A stretch of 63,629 nucleotides of DNA, filler included, from Intoshia linei (Eukaryota; Animalia; Orthonectida): assembly GCA_001642005.1 (NCBI GenBank). It is 4 parts of 4 records of this genome, joined end to end, with 100 filler letters (N's around TTAATTAATTAA, not from the genome) between each part and the next. Parts side by side here need not be neighbours in the genome. Positions count along the whole stretch, not along the records: positions 1 to 25,673 come from LWCA01000493.1; positions 25,774 to 41,154 come from LWCA01000920.1; 2 more parts are not named here. The stretch is one strand, 5' to 3'. Position 1 is the stretch's first letter. The number at the start of each line of letters is the position of its first letter. The notes under the pieces were generated by a model, which saw nothing but the letters and a program-made list of their open reading frames with translations, searched no databases and was not told where the DNA came from. The position numbers were made by a program, and so were the translations under genes. Below, one piece after another: positions 25,018 to 36,700 of the stretch.

Positions 25018-25673
25018 GTACATTTGTAATTCAAAAATATAAAATGGTCACTTTTTGAAGCATTTTCAATTAATACACTGACGTAGTTGAAAAACCACAC
25101 AAAATATAATACGTGTATATGAAAAAATTTTCAATCTAATCTGTAAATTCTCCGCTGTTAAAAATAAAATAATAAAATAAAATTTTTCCAAAAATTTATG
25201 GCGAATCAAGGTGACTTTGATTTATAAAGAAATTAGAGGGATTGATAATATTTCTACATAGGTCGTTTTGTTTTTATTTTTTGCACGGTGATCTATTTTG
25301 GAATAAGTATTGCTTAGAAGTGGTATCTTTTGAGCGAAAGTGCAATTACAGTACTACGTATATATCTACAGTGCGCGCAATATATATATGACACCCCGAT
25401 TTATATTATTTTTTGGTCTATTAACATTAATTTTCATCAATATTTCATCTCTATTAAAAAAAGAATTAAAAAGTACGCTTATTGATACCATTATTTTTCT
25501 TCTGCCACCTTTATATGAAAAGTTATCACACAAATCGCTAATTAGTTGAGCAATAAACATAGGACACCTTAAATTAAAATAATGTGTCTTTTCTCCTTTA
25601 TTGACCACAACTTCAAGGTATCTATCCTTCATTGTCAATACTAACTTTTCAATAACATCTTTATGGATATTTT

Positions 25674-25773
25674 NNNNNNNNNNNNNNNNNNNNNNNNNNN
25701 NNNNNNNNNNNNNNNNNTTAATTAATTAANNNNNNNNNNNNNNNNNNNNNNNNNNNNNNNNNNNNNNNNNNNN
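25674..25773. other. Assembly gap with artificial TTAATTAATTAA linker
   Basis: N-run + ttaattaattaa + N-run; the same structure recurs at 41155-41254 and 53441-53540. Confidence 0.97.
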
Positions 25774-26597
25774 TCTAATAATAATCTCAAAATAAATATA
25801 AAATTATTGCTCCACTATAGATTAAAACTAGTTATATATGTAATGTTATTAAAAAAATGTATAAATTTAAAGAAGTGTGAATAAAAGTGAACAAACACAA
25901 AAATAATGAGATCATTTCAAATACATGTATATTATACATATAAATGTTGATATCTAATAATTTACAAAATTAATGAGAGATTTGTGATTGTTTGGATAAA
26001 CATATTCTTTTAATATCTTTATATATAATAAAATCACATTTGTATAAACGAGATTTTAATTATTTTTTTATTATTTTAAAAATGTGCGTGAACGATATGA
26101 AAAGATGTATTTGATGACTAATTTAATGTTTTATTTATTGATTTTGACTGTAAAATAATCATTTTGGTGATGAATTTAATCAAATTTAGTGAGAAATAAC
26201 GCTATTTTAGTTATGTAAACATTTTATTTTCATTTGAAATCTTATGTATGCTATTTAGAAACAAAAATTTTATTGGGTCACACAAATTTTAAAAAGTTTG
26301 GCGACACACCGGTTGGAAAGCACTGTTATGAGGCCACACCAGTCTTTACTGCAATATTATAGAAGTGTGTAAAAGATGCCTGGAAATCGGCCACTCGGTC
26401 AATTTCTGTGTTTATAGTGGAGAAGAACTTTTATAGTGCAGTACATTTTTACATTTACCATAATTAACAATGTTAATAATTATAATTTGTAATAATATTT
26501 ATTAAATTGTTATATGTAGTTATTAATATTAACAGTAATTAAATAAGTAATAAGTAATAAAAATTTCAATTTTTGCATGTTGAAATATATAAATAAA

Positions 26598-27230
26598 CTA
26601 GCTTTGTTGTTTTGTACTACGTACAAACAGCACCTAGCTCTGCCGATGGCACATTTTTATTATACAAAACAATAAATTAATGTTGAAAATCTAACTTAAA
26701 AATCCTACTATTCACTATTATCAACATAAACAAGTGGTTCCCAAACTTGTTTCAGGTGGAACCATCATATGACATTACTATTGAAAATCTAACTTAAAAA
26801 TCCTACTATTCACTATTATCAATTCTTTAAAGGAGCCAAACTTGTTTCAGGTGGAACCATCATATCACATTACTTGTTACTTTAAAGTGAATTATTCCAT
26901 CTTAATTTTTTTTGTTAACATTTGCGTAAATAATTTTAAAAACAATTATTATCCCATTTTTGTAATTTATTAGACAAAATGTGTGTATAATATTAAAATA
27001 AAGTAAAAACAGTCCAATCCTATAAAATTGTCATAAATTCCATAAAAAATAAAATTATTAAAACCTATTTTGTCATTTTCAATGTGATAATATTTTCAGT
27101 ACCAATTTAATAAATACTTAAAAATACCAATTATGTATCAATAATTAATAGAATCAGCACTTTATAAATATATTCAGGTGAATTTTACCAATATTGAAAA
27201 GGATTTAAAATAAATATAAAAATGATAATA
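26598..27230 (-). mobile_element. Helitron family A, 3' part, with ~95-bp internal duplication
   Basis: Minus strand ends ...ctaggtgctgtttgtacgtagtacaaaacaacaaagCTAG (hairpin + CTAG). 26682-26779 is duplicated at 26781-26874. Matches 57490-57790. Confidence 0.8.
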
Positions 27231-27495
27231 ACAACAATACATCTGCCTCGAAAAACTGTATAAGAACATGTGCTTTTCAAAATTCTACAACTCATTTATT
27301 AATATTTTATGATTTTGCAAATAACTATTTACTATTAGTCCAATGAAACATTTACCTTTACATTTAAATTAAATTGTTATTAATTAATTTTTTGTTAATT
27401 TTTTCGTTTTCATTCATCCCAAGACTACAGATAATATTTATTACACTCATATTGATAATAATAATATTCAAATTCAATCTTGACATTTATTTGAT

Positions 27496-30400
27496 TTAAA
27501 CATTGGTATATATAGGTGACTCCAGAAGACTAGGTATTTTTTCAAGTTTCACTAATTTGTTATTATTCAATTCTTGGAAAGATGAATTTTTTTTATTAAT
27601 ATCTACATCTAAACTGTCTGGTTTCACGCTGCGTCTACGTATTTTGTTACATGAAATGTAAAGTAAATCGGCACCCAATTCCATAAATTCAAATATGGTC
27701 ATTGCTGAAAATCCAATATACAATCCTAAAATTCCTCCTACATCAGAAATCAAAGAGAAGAACTAATTTTCATCTTATAAGATTAATTCAATAATTTAAA
27801 AGTTATTACTGTGATCGCTCTCAAAAATTACCACCGCTAGGAGTAAACCACTTCAAAAAGTGACTGCCTAAAATGGCCCTCTATGAAAATTCCATACATT
27901 CAATTTTTTTTCAAAATTTAAGCCACTTGAGAACGTTTGAAAAATTTTAGTTTTTATAATTTTAATGGTAGAAACCAAATCAAAATTGAAGATAATTATC
28001 ATTGAGTACAATTTCAACTACAATACAGAGCTGAACCTATCGCATCAAGAAATTTTTCCAATTTGGTCATTTCAAAAAAATTATTTTTTTAAATCATTAT
28101 TATTTTGTTTCAAATTTAACGTTATACCCGTGTAGAGCTGATTGGAAAATGGGTATTATGTATTTTTTGCTAAAATCTTATAAATGTCTATTTTGATTTA
28201 AGGGCCATTAAGTATGGTAGGTTTGGATGGTATAGTCACTATAGTATAGTGCACGGTAAAGAGTGATAAGAAATTAAATTGATTATAAAATATGATAAAA
28301 TGATTTTTCATTAACATTAAAAAGTAAATATAATCATGTCAAAAAATAATTAATTGATCTCCCAGTAGCCACAATTCTTTTTTATTGAAAGCGAACACTG
28401 CATTAAAAGTATTATAAAAAATATCAATATGGAATAAAATAAAGATATCAAAATACCAAATAGGCAGGTTCTTCAGTGATTGTTTCATAATTGAATTCTT
28501 GGTAAAATATATTTATTTTTAAAATATTTTTTTGAAATTGGTTGTCTTTATTTTTTTTATCTTCCTCAATTACATCATAAACTGATTTCTTACCGCGAAG
28601 AATATTTTTAAGACTACCCTATATTTTACAATATTTAAAAATTAATGATAATAAGGTGTCGGGAATAAATTTCTCTAAAGGTGGCATTTAAAAATAGATT
28701 TAATTATACATTTAAATTTAAGTTATTATAGTCAAAATGAATGCGATAATAATACAATTAAATAACCTCATATTTCGTAGATGGCCACAAAGCAGTTGAA
28801 ATGGAAGAAGAAAATGATGTTTCTCTAATAAATTTTCAATATTTAATAAATGAAAATGAAATTACTGGCAAGGTGAAGGACAACTACAATTTAATTTATT
28901 TCTATCATACAATTTGGTAATTTCAGCGAGACATTCATCTATGATAATTTATAAATAAATAAAATTAAAATATGTAGTAAAATGTCAATTTGTAAATACA
29001 GTCGACGCTACGAAATTTAGCATATTTTTGGATGGTATGATTTTAAGGAAATTTCAATTTTTTTATAAATTTATATAATGACAAAATTGGTAATAATCGT
29101 ATAAAAATAATATAATTTTTCATATTTTAAATTAAAAATTCAATTAATTTTTAACTAAGGAATTAAACTATTCAAAGTTTACCGAAAATAACTTTACGGT
29201 ATCACCACCTCTTAAAAGTGAGGAAATAATTCGGACCTGATTATATTGAGTAAATAATTTAATTTGATTTAATATTTTTCACAAGGTGTCAAAATTTTTC
29301 AAAATACGAAGATTAATACCAAAGCTAATAAAATTTTAGAAATTAAATTATACATTGATGTTTAATGTCTCTTTTACATCCCGATACGTTTTTGTATCCA
29401 AAAGCACTACCATAGTTTGGAATTTGTAGATAATAACAGCTGCAGGTATCTATGACATTTTTTTGATAGCATGTTTTAAGGCAAGCCTACAAAATTTTAA
29501 TACAATAAATAATCCTCATATATGTCGTATAGAACAGGCATTCTCAACCCTTTTTTGCTGTGGACCCCTAAGATGATATTACAAAAAACTATATGACTAG
29601 AAACTTGGCTCGGTCATAAATTTTAATAATATAATTAAATAAAAACGCTGCTCCTAAAATAGAACAATGGAGGTTTCCCAATAAGTTTTTACACTTGTAA
29701 GTAATTTAATTTAATACCAAAAAATTTACTTTTACATGATTTCCACGTTTTATATTAGTATTTCTAAGTGTTTATGTTTTAAAAACGACTTTATGTTACT
29801 GAAAATGTCTATAATATGTAATAAATGTATATAATTTTCATGGATCCCCAAAAAAGTGCTGTAGACCTCGTTGAGAATGGCTGGTATAGAATGTGTAAAA
29901 CTGAAATTTACACATTCTATGGGCAAGTTGTAGAATGTATACAATTCATGGATGAATAGTAGAATGTTTAAAATTTTCATTTATATTTTAATTTTGGGTT
30001 TTAGAAATTTTTTTGAACCAAATTTTAAGAGGCTTTTCTTAAATATTTTTTTTAAACCAAACTTTAAGGGGGGTTTTTAGGAATTTTTTAACAGAACTTT
30101 ATGGGTGGTTTTTTTAGAAATTTTTTTGAACCAAATTTTCAATAGGGTTTTTAAGATTTCTTTTTTGAACTAAACTTTCAGAGGATTTTAAGATTTTTTT
30201 TGAACCAAACTTTCAGGGGGGTTTTAAGATTTTTTTTTAATCCAAACTAAGCATTTAGAAATTTACCAAATATATAAAATGTGAAAATCGAGAACAGAGG
30301 AGGCTTCACGGTACGATTAAGTTGAAAAAAAAAGTAATTTTAGCCATTTTTTAAAAAAATATCGACCCATAGTTCCCAAAACGATAGATCAATCTTAATA

Positions 30401-33400
30401 GAAAATTTAGAGGAAAAATGTTGCCAAGACGTCGGAAAAAAACTATTTTAAAATACAATTGATAAAAATACTGGTGTATTGTATCTAGTAGGATATAATT
30501 CTTCGTAAATATTCCTGGTTATATTTGGAGCTTGTATGTCTGTGCACGGACTGTATACACTTCCAGCTCTTTTTATACTTGTTTTACGAACAGCAATTGA
30601 AGTTGCCATTCCAGGACTAACATTATAGCCTATAGAAACATTAATAAACAATGAAAACTAAAAATATTAAATTATATTATTAGTTCAAGCGTCGATGAAT
30701 ACCCTCTTCTAATAGTACGTAATACGTATAAGGCGGAAACTTTCGGGGTAGTTCTGCGGTCGTCATTTTTTAATTATAACTCTAGTTATTAAAAGATCTA
30801 TTATTATGCAAAAATATGCAAATTTGAATTAAAATTACCCATGTTGCTAATCTGAATTTTTATGCATCTGTATGTACAATGTACACTGTTACAATTGTAC
30901 ATTCAGAGCCTAACCTACCAATCTCGAGTTTAACGAAAATTAAAATTATTACCCTAAAAAAATCATAAAACGATGCGTAGTCTGATACATCGCTAGTCAC
31001 CTCTCTAAGGCTCTTGAATTGACATTGTTAATTTTAAATTTAACACACAAAATAGTGATGATATCCAAGTTGATAATTTTTTTAATGCTCAAATTTTAAA
31101 AATCAGGCCCCATTTTACAAAAATTACGTCGAGACCCCTCGGCACGGTAGGTTCGAGAATATGTACATTACTGTAAATACGGGTGAAATTGACATGTAAC
31201 TCGATTTAACATATAGCCGATTACATTTACATTATAATTGAGAAAACAAATCTTAAAGTGCCTGTTTTCCTTAGAGTCAAAAAAATGAATACAAAAAAAG
31301 ATTATCCAGTACAAGGGCGCCAAACTTTATTAGCACGCACCGAAAATTTCACATTACATTTTATCGTACCACTTAAAATCGTATTTCTAAGAATCTTTAC
31401 CGAAATATCCTCTGTATTATTTTAAAATTTAAAGTTTAAATTTTTCAAATTTTTCTGTGGGCCTGCATAAGTGTGCCTATCGCTAATTTAATAAATATTA
31501 TAATATACCTTCATCTTCTGGAAAAGGCATAATTTTTTGAGCATGAACAAGCACTTTGGCACCAGCAGAGTGTACCATTTCAGGAATATATTCATTTTGA
31601 TCAATAAAAAGAGTAACTTTTAACCCTATAAATTAAAAAGTAAGTGATTGACATTAAGTGTGAATAAATTAATTTGATGAAGCTACAAAAGAATTTAATA
31701 GTGCATCAGCTAATAATTATAATTAAATCAAATAATAAAAAATAACCATGCATGGCACCAGGCTTATAACTTCTATAAATAGGATGAGTTGTATTCCAAC
31801 CAGAATTAAAAGTATAACAATTACCATAAGAATTTGTATAAAAATTTATAAAATCTCTAAAAAAATATTAAAATGTACATTTTTTTTAAAACTTTTTCAA
31901 GCAATTATATCCATTGTAATTACAATTTAAAACAAAATCTTTAAATTGATATCCCAATTTCTCACGGTCTTTTATGGATTTTTCATTTAAAATTGCAAGG
32001 AATTCCATTTTTATGTCATCTTCACTATTTGAGATTCTACCACTTTCATCAGTGTATGAACCTTCTTCGAATGGAGTATCAACAATATCATCTTGAGAGA
32101 ATTGGATATTATATTCTTGATATGTATTCGATTCGTCAGCGTTCGCATCGACTAATATTTTAATGATTATTAACAATTAAGTGAAAAATAATATAAATCA
32201 ATAATGTATTTTTAATGTATAATTTAATGTGTTTATTTAATAACCTTCTCCGTCGAATGAGATACCTGCAACGTCTGAGATCTCATCAGCTTGAAAACCT
32301 TCTTCAAAAAAATTATTGAATTCACTGGAATATGGGTTTTCACGTATATCAACGCCTTCACCGTAAATATTTTCAAAGTCTTGTTTCTGGTCAAAACTAT
32401 CAAATAAACCTAGATAAAATTGTTTATTTATCATGTGAGCTATTAAGCGCAAAACTATTTTAGTTTTACAAAAGTTTTATAAATCAGTTGAATTGTTTGT
32501 CACTTTATCATTTATAAAACTAATTTTTAAAAATCGCTTGCATTAAAGTTATATTTCTCAAGAATACTTAGAGCAAACATTAATTAAGTTATATTATATT
32601 AAGTTATATTTTTGCGAAAAAATTACGTTAATGTCAAACTACGGATAGCTAAGGTTAGAATTTATTATAATAACATTAATGTTAACCCATAAGTATTAAA
32701 AGTTTGAATTAATTGAACGTATTACCAGGGTCTTCGAAATTTTGATCGTAATGGTCCATATTGGGATCAAAACCTCCCGTGTCAATATATAGATCATTAA
32801 ACGATGGATCCAAATACTGATCATTAGAATTCGGATCATATATATCTAAATCTGGATCATATACATCTAACGCTGGATCATATGCATCTAACGCTGGATC
32901 ATATGCATCTAAAGCTAGATCATATGCATCGAACGCTGGATCATTTGCATCTAAAGCAGGATCGTATGTATCTAAAGCTGGATCTTTTGTATCTAGTGTC
33001 GGATCGTATGTATCTAATGTTGGATCAAGATTTGGATCATAAGCGGGATCGTTGGGATCTATTGCACGTCTTTTTCTAGCTGATTTCTCAAAAACGCTCT
33101 TGAAACTATCATCCTTGATAACCAACGAGTATTTAACCGGGTTATTATTGCATATAGTGACTGCTGGAAATATTAAATTTCTCTCATATTTCAATTTGAG
33201 GACGACATTGACATCGTACGAGATATACTTTGATATCAACTTGTATAAATTATAACCTAATCCACACAACGCGGCAATAAATAATATACTCCAAAAAACG
33301 CTTTTTATTATCCCTAAAACGATATAAAGAAAAATCAAAATACTAAAACCTTTTGCAAAGTATATATGTGGTATTCCATGGGCACTCGTTCTTTCTGGGA

Positions 33401-33503
33401 ACCCAATGACAGTTTGGTGACAATTTAAATTTTTTGATTTTATACTAGAAAACTCATCGGACGTAGTAATTCCATAAATTTCAGCATTTTTTATACATGC
33501 CAT
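27496..33503 (-). CDS. DEG/ENaC amiloride-sensitive sodium channel subunit
   Basis: TSAHGIPHI (HG motif), TM1 FWSILFIAAL, FPAVTICNNNP, YGNCYTFN, GLKVTLFIDQNEY, GAKVLVH..PFPEDEG, Cys-rich thumb (CLKTCYQ...CSC...CSCPSPC), TM2 ISDVGGILGLYIGFSAMTIFEFMEL. Confidence 0.95.
29535..29883. mobile_element. hAT MITE
   Basis: TIR caggcattctcaac / gttgagaatggctg; perfect 8-bp TSD gtatagaa (29527-29534, 29884-29891). Confidence 0.92.
29995..30250. repeat. ~35-bp minisatellite (family C)
   Basis: About 7 units of ttttttgaaccaaacttt(c/t)aggggg(t)tttaaga. Shorter arrays at 22320-22560, 34495-34570 and 37610-37710. Confidence 0.8.
30903..31160. mobile_element. Small TIR element (family E)
   Basis: aacctacc / ggtaggtt inverted ends. 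The internal ccttagaga...ctag...gcatcgtttt block resembles 1450-1507, and the gagacccctc block resembles 13000-13050. Confidence 0.45.
32825..33060 (-). repeat. Coding 21-bp tandem repeat encoding (YDPALDA)n
   Basis: About 10 units related to ggatcatatgcatctaacgct within the ENaC ORF. Confidence 0.95.
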
Positions 33504-33707
33504 AGAAGAGTATACTAAATTAATTATATATTGTTGAAAAGTACCGCACCACTAATTTTGCAAATAAAAATTTTGCAAGTGTTGCAAAAGTTACAATGTA
33601 AATAAGCAAAATATTACAATTGCATACAAGGATACCTGCACGAATGAACATTTAAAGTAACAAGTCTTTATTATACAAAAGAATGTACAATAGCCTTTAA
33701 TACAGAA

Positions 33708-36700
33708 TCAAAAATTTTTATTTAATTTGAGAAATTTCAACATGGCGCAAAATTTTGACGGTAGGCTAGTTTTTATAATTAAATTTTGAGAATCATGGTT
33801 TATCAACGTTTTGATATCTTGAGATAAATGTATTGTCATATTTAAAACATGGTTGTACGGCTTTATTAATTTGATAAATTGTCTACGGTGTTCCTCTGGT
33901 ATTTTTTGAATAATATATGGGTTAATGTTCTAGAATCAAAAATGTATAATAAAATATAATAATACATGTATGTAATGCATTTAAATTTATCACAATGTAC
34001 AAGATTTACCTGCAAAAAATTCCGACTATATTTATGATCTCCCAACAATGGACATTTCAAGACATCAGACATGTGACTCCGAATTTGATTTGGAATTGCT
34101 ATATTTATAATCAATTAATAATAATATAATTAATATAATATAATATAATTAAGTAGACAATAAAAATATAAAATACAAGTTCTATCAATGCATTCAACTA
34201 AGGCGACAGAATTGGAAACATCATCAATTATGCTATAAGACGTTTCGGATAAATATTTATGATTAGAATTTAAATTGGATTCTTTATCAATTTTAAATGA
34301 ATTTGAATCTATAGGCTTGCTTCTTTCAGAAACCATCTAACATTAAATATTATAATATAGTACAATAATAAATACAAATAGTGGTTCCCAGACTTTGAAA
34401 AAACGGATCATTATTTCTTAAAATAATTTTTGCGGACGAGTAAAACTATAGTGTAAAGGTGTATGGTACTTATAAATGGTCGTTTTCGTAAAAGATTTTT
34501 TTACCAAACCTTCAAAGGGGATTTAAGATTTTTTTTAAACCAAACTTTTAGGGGGGTTTTTAAGGTTTTTTACTTTAGACCTAAAATTTAGGTCTAAAGT
34601 AAAGATTTAAAGTAGGTAGTAAGAATACTGATCTGTACTTAGCAATGATTCACCATAATAGAAGAATCGACCTCTTTGGGCCGATAAAAAATTAACATTA
34701 TTATTTATGTGTGTAATTAAAGCATGTTAAAATGTTGGCATTGTTAAACATAGTGATTATACCGGGGAAAAAATCAGGACAAAATTCCCGAGAATTAAAT
34801 TTCACGGGATTTCCAGAAAAAAATTGAGAAATACCTGTATTTCATTTATGTTTGTTATTATAATTATATTTTAATATTTAACTATATACATTTATAAATC
34901 AGAAAAACAAATATCCAACATTTGGTTAAATTATGAACGTAAAGGTGATAAAGCAGAGTGTAATATCTGCAAAAACGGTTCGATCAATATGAAAGAACTG
35001 GAACGCCATCATCAAGATTGTTAAAATTAAAAGAAAGCCCTTATGACCGTTCAACCTACGTCAACACAAAATGAAACAAATTTCTCTACTGCTTTTTATG
35101 TCGTTACAAAACGTAGAACGCGTTTAAAAGAATAAACTATCAATATTATCTGTGTTTTAAAACACTTTTTCAACATTCTAAAATAAATAAATTTTTTTCT
35201 AATTAAATTTGTAAATTTCAATCTAGATTCGTGTTATTTCATTAAGTTTCTTTTTGTTTCTAAAATCTCTAATCTCTAAAAAAATTTCATCAATTTGGAA
35301 ATTAAGTAATGCCTATCATTTAATCAATCAGGTATAATTTATACAAAATACAAAATAGAGTTGGTGATAATTGGATTATTAACTAAATCAGCATTGTACC
35401 AATTCACTTTTACAATATTCTACAACTTGGTGGTCTGATAAATATTCTATTTCAAAGATTATATTAGACAATTTATATTGGTTCCTAGCATCGATTAGTA
35501 CGATATAAATAGGATTTATTAATTGTACTTTTAATCATTTCCCGGGAAATCACAATCATTAGCGAAATATTTCGAATCTTTATCCTAACTTATATAAAAT
35601 ATTATATAAGTTCTGATACTACGCAATTTTTGTTTGTGTGTGTGTTCCACTTTATTGAAATAACTACCAGTCTTAAAATTTTATAAAGTCTACATTTCAA
35701 TTATAGTTTTTTCCGGGACGTATAATAAGATAAATTCAACCTCCCAAACTCACATCTTACAGGTCAAAAACCCTAATTGTCCTCTTTTTAAAAATCAAAC
35801 AAGTTAGACAATTTAAAAAAACATATACTCTGATAGGGATTTTAAAATCATAAATTTAAATTTAAAAAAATTATATCTTCCGAGCCAAAACCACAAATTA
35901 CCCTTCTTTTTTAATGAAATCAGCCCTAGAATTTAAACAAAATTACAGGTGGTATAGTTGTATTCTGTTAACACACACAGAAAATTTTAATCCGAATAAG
36001 TGACGACTTCACAGTCAAAAAAGCATTTTAGTATTCATATTTTTTTTTCGAAATATTTTATTAAAACAAAAAATGTGAAATAATTAACGGTCCGAAAATT
36101 AAAAAAAAAATTATTCTGATAGAGCTGATTCCAGTTGATATAAATACAAAAGTTCAACCCGAGAAATCTACGCCTTCCTGATGAAAAATAATTTTTAATA
36201 TATTTGTAAATTTAAAGGGATTTATACTTTCTCAGTGTCAAAGTAAATTTTGTGCGGCCGTAGTATCAATAAGTAGTAGCTTTTCGGTTGAATTGGTAAA
36301 AAGGTTGTGCATCCCTAGTCTAATCGAAAGATAAATATATAAAAGTATAATTCATATAAAACACGTTCGCAATTAATTTTATTTGTCGACAGTGCCCACT
36401 AAGAAGTAATGGTTTCTCATTTTTCCAAATTGCAAAATATGACTGCTTTGAAATCCAATAAATAATAGTAAATTTAATATTAACCTTATAAGATCCTTTA
36501 ATGTTTTTTCTGGTTAGTTGAGTTTCAATCACCCCTATGAAATAGACTATAAAAACTTGCATTTATTCAATTCATTTTAAAGGGTTTATACAGAATTTTA
36601 ATACATGTATGGAATGTTTCAAAATGATGTGAAACATTTTATTATTAAACTTAAAAATGGGCTATTTATAACAGAATATAAAAATACACTTCTTGTGATT

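Noticed and set aside
25674-25773. TTAATTAATTAA palindrome centred in N-runs (three times)
   Set aside because: Artificial scaffolding linker with stops in all six frames; not biological.
32825-33060. Regular repeats resembling a CRISPR array; antisense ORFs 32882-33079 and 33052-33255
   Set aside because: Head-to-tail 21-mers without unique spacers, coding within ENaC. The antisense ORFs are shadows.
36320-36484. Possible extra RPUSD4 exon ([14 protein letters not shown]...)
   Set aside because: Direct splicing of SYK to MVSE fits the family spacing without it; unsupported without cDNA.
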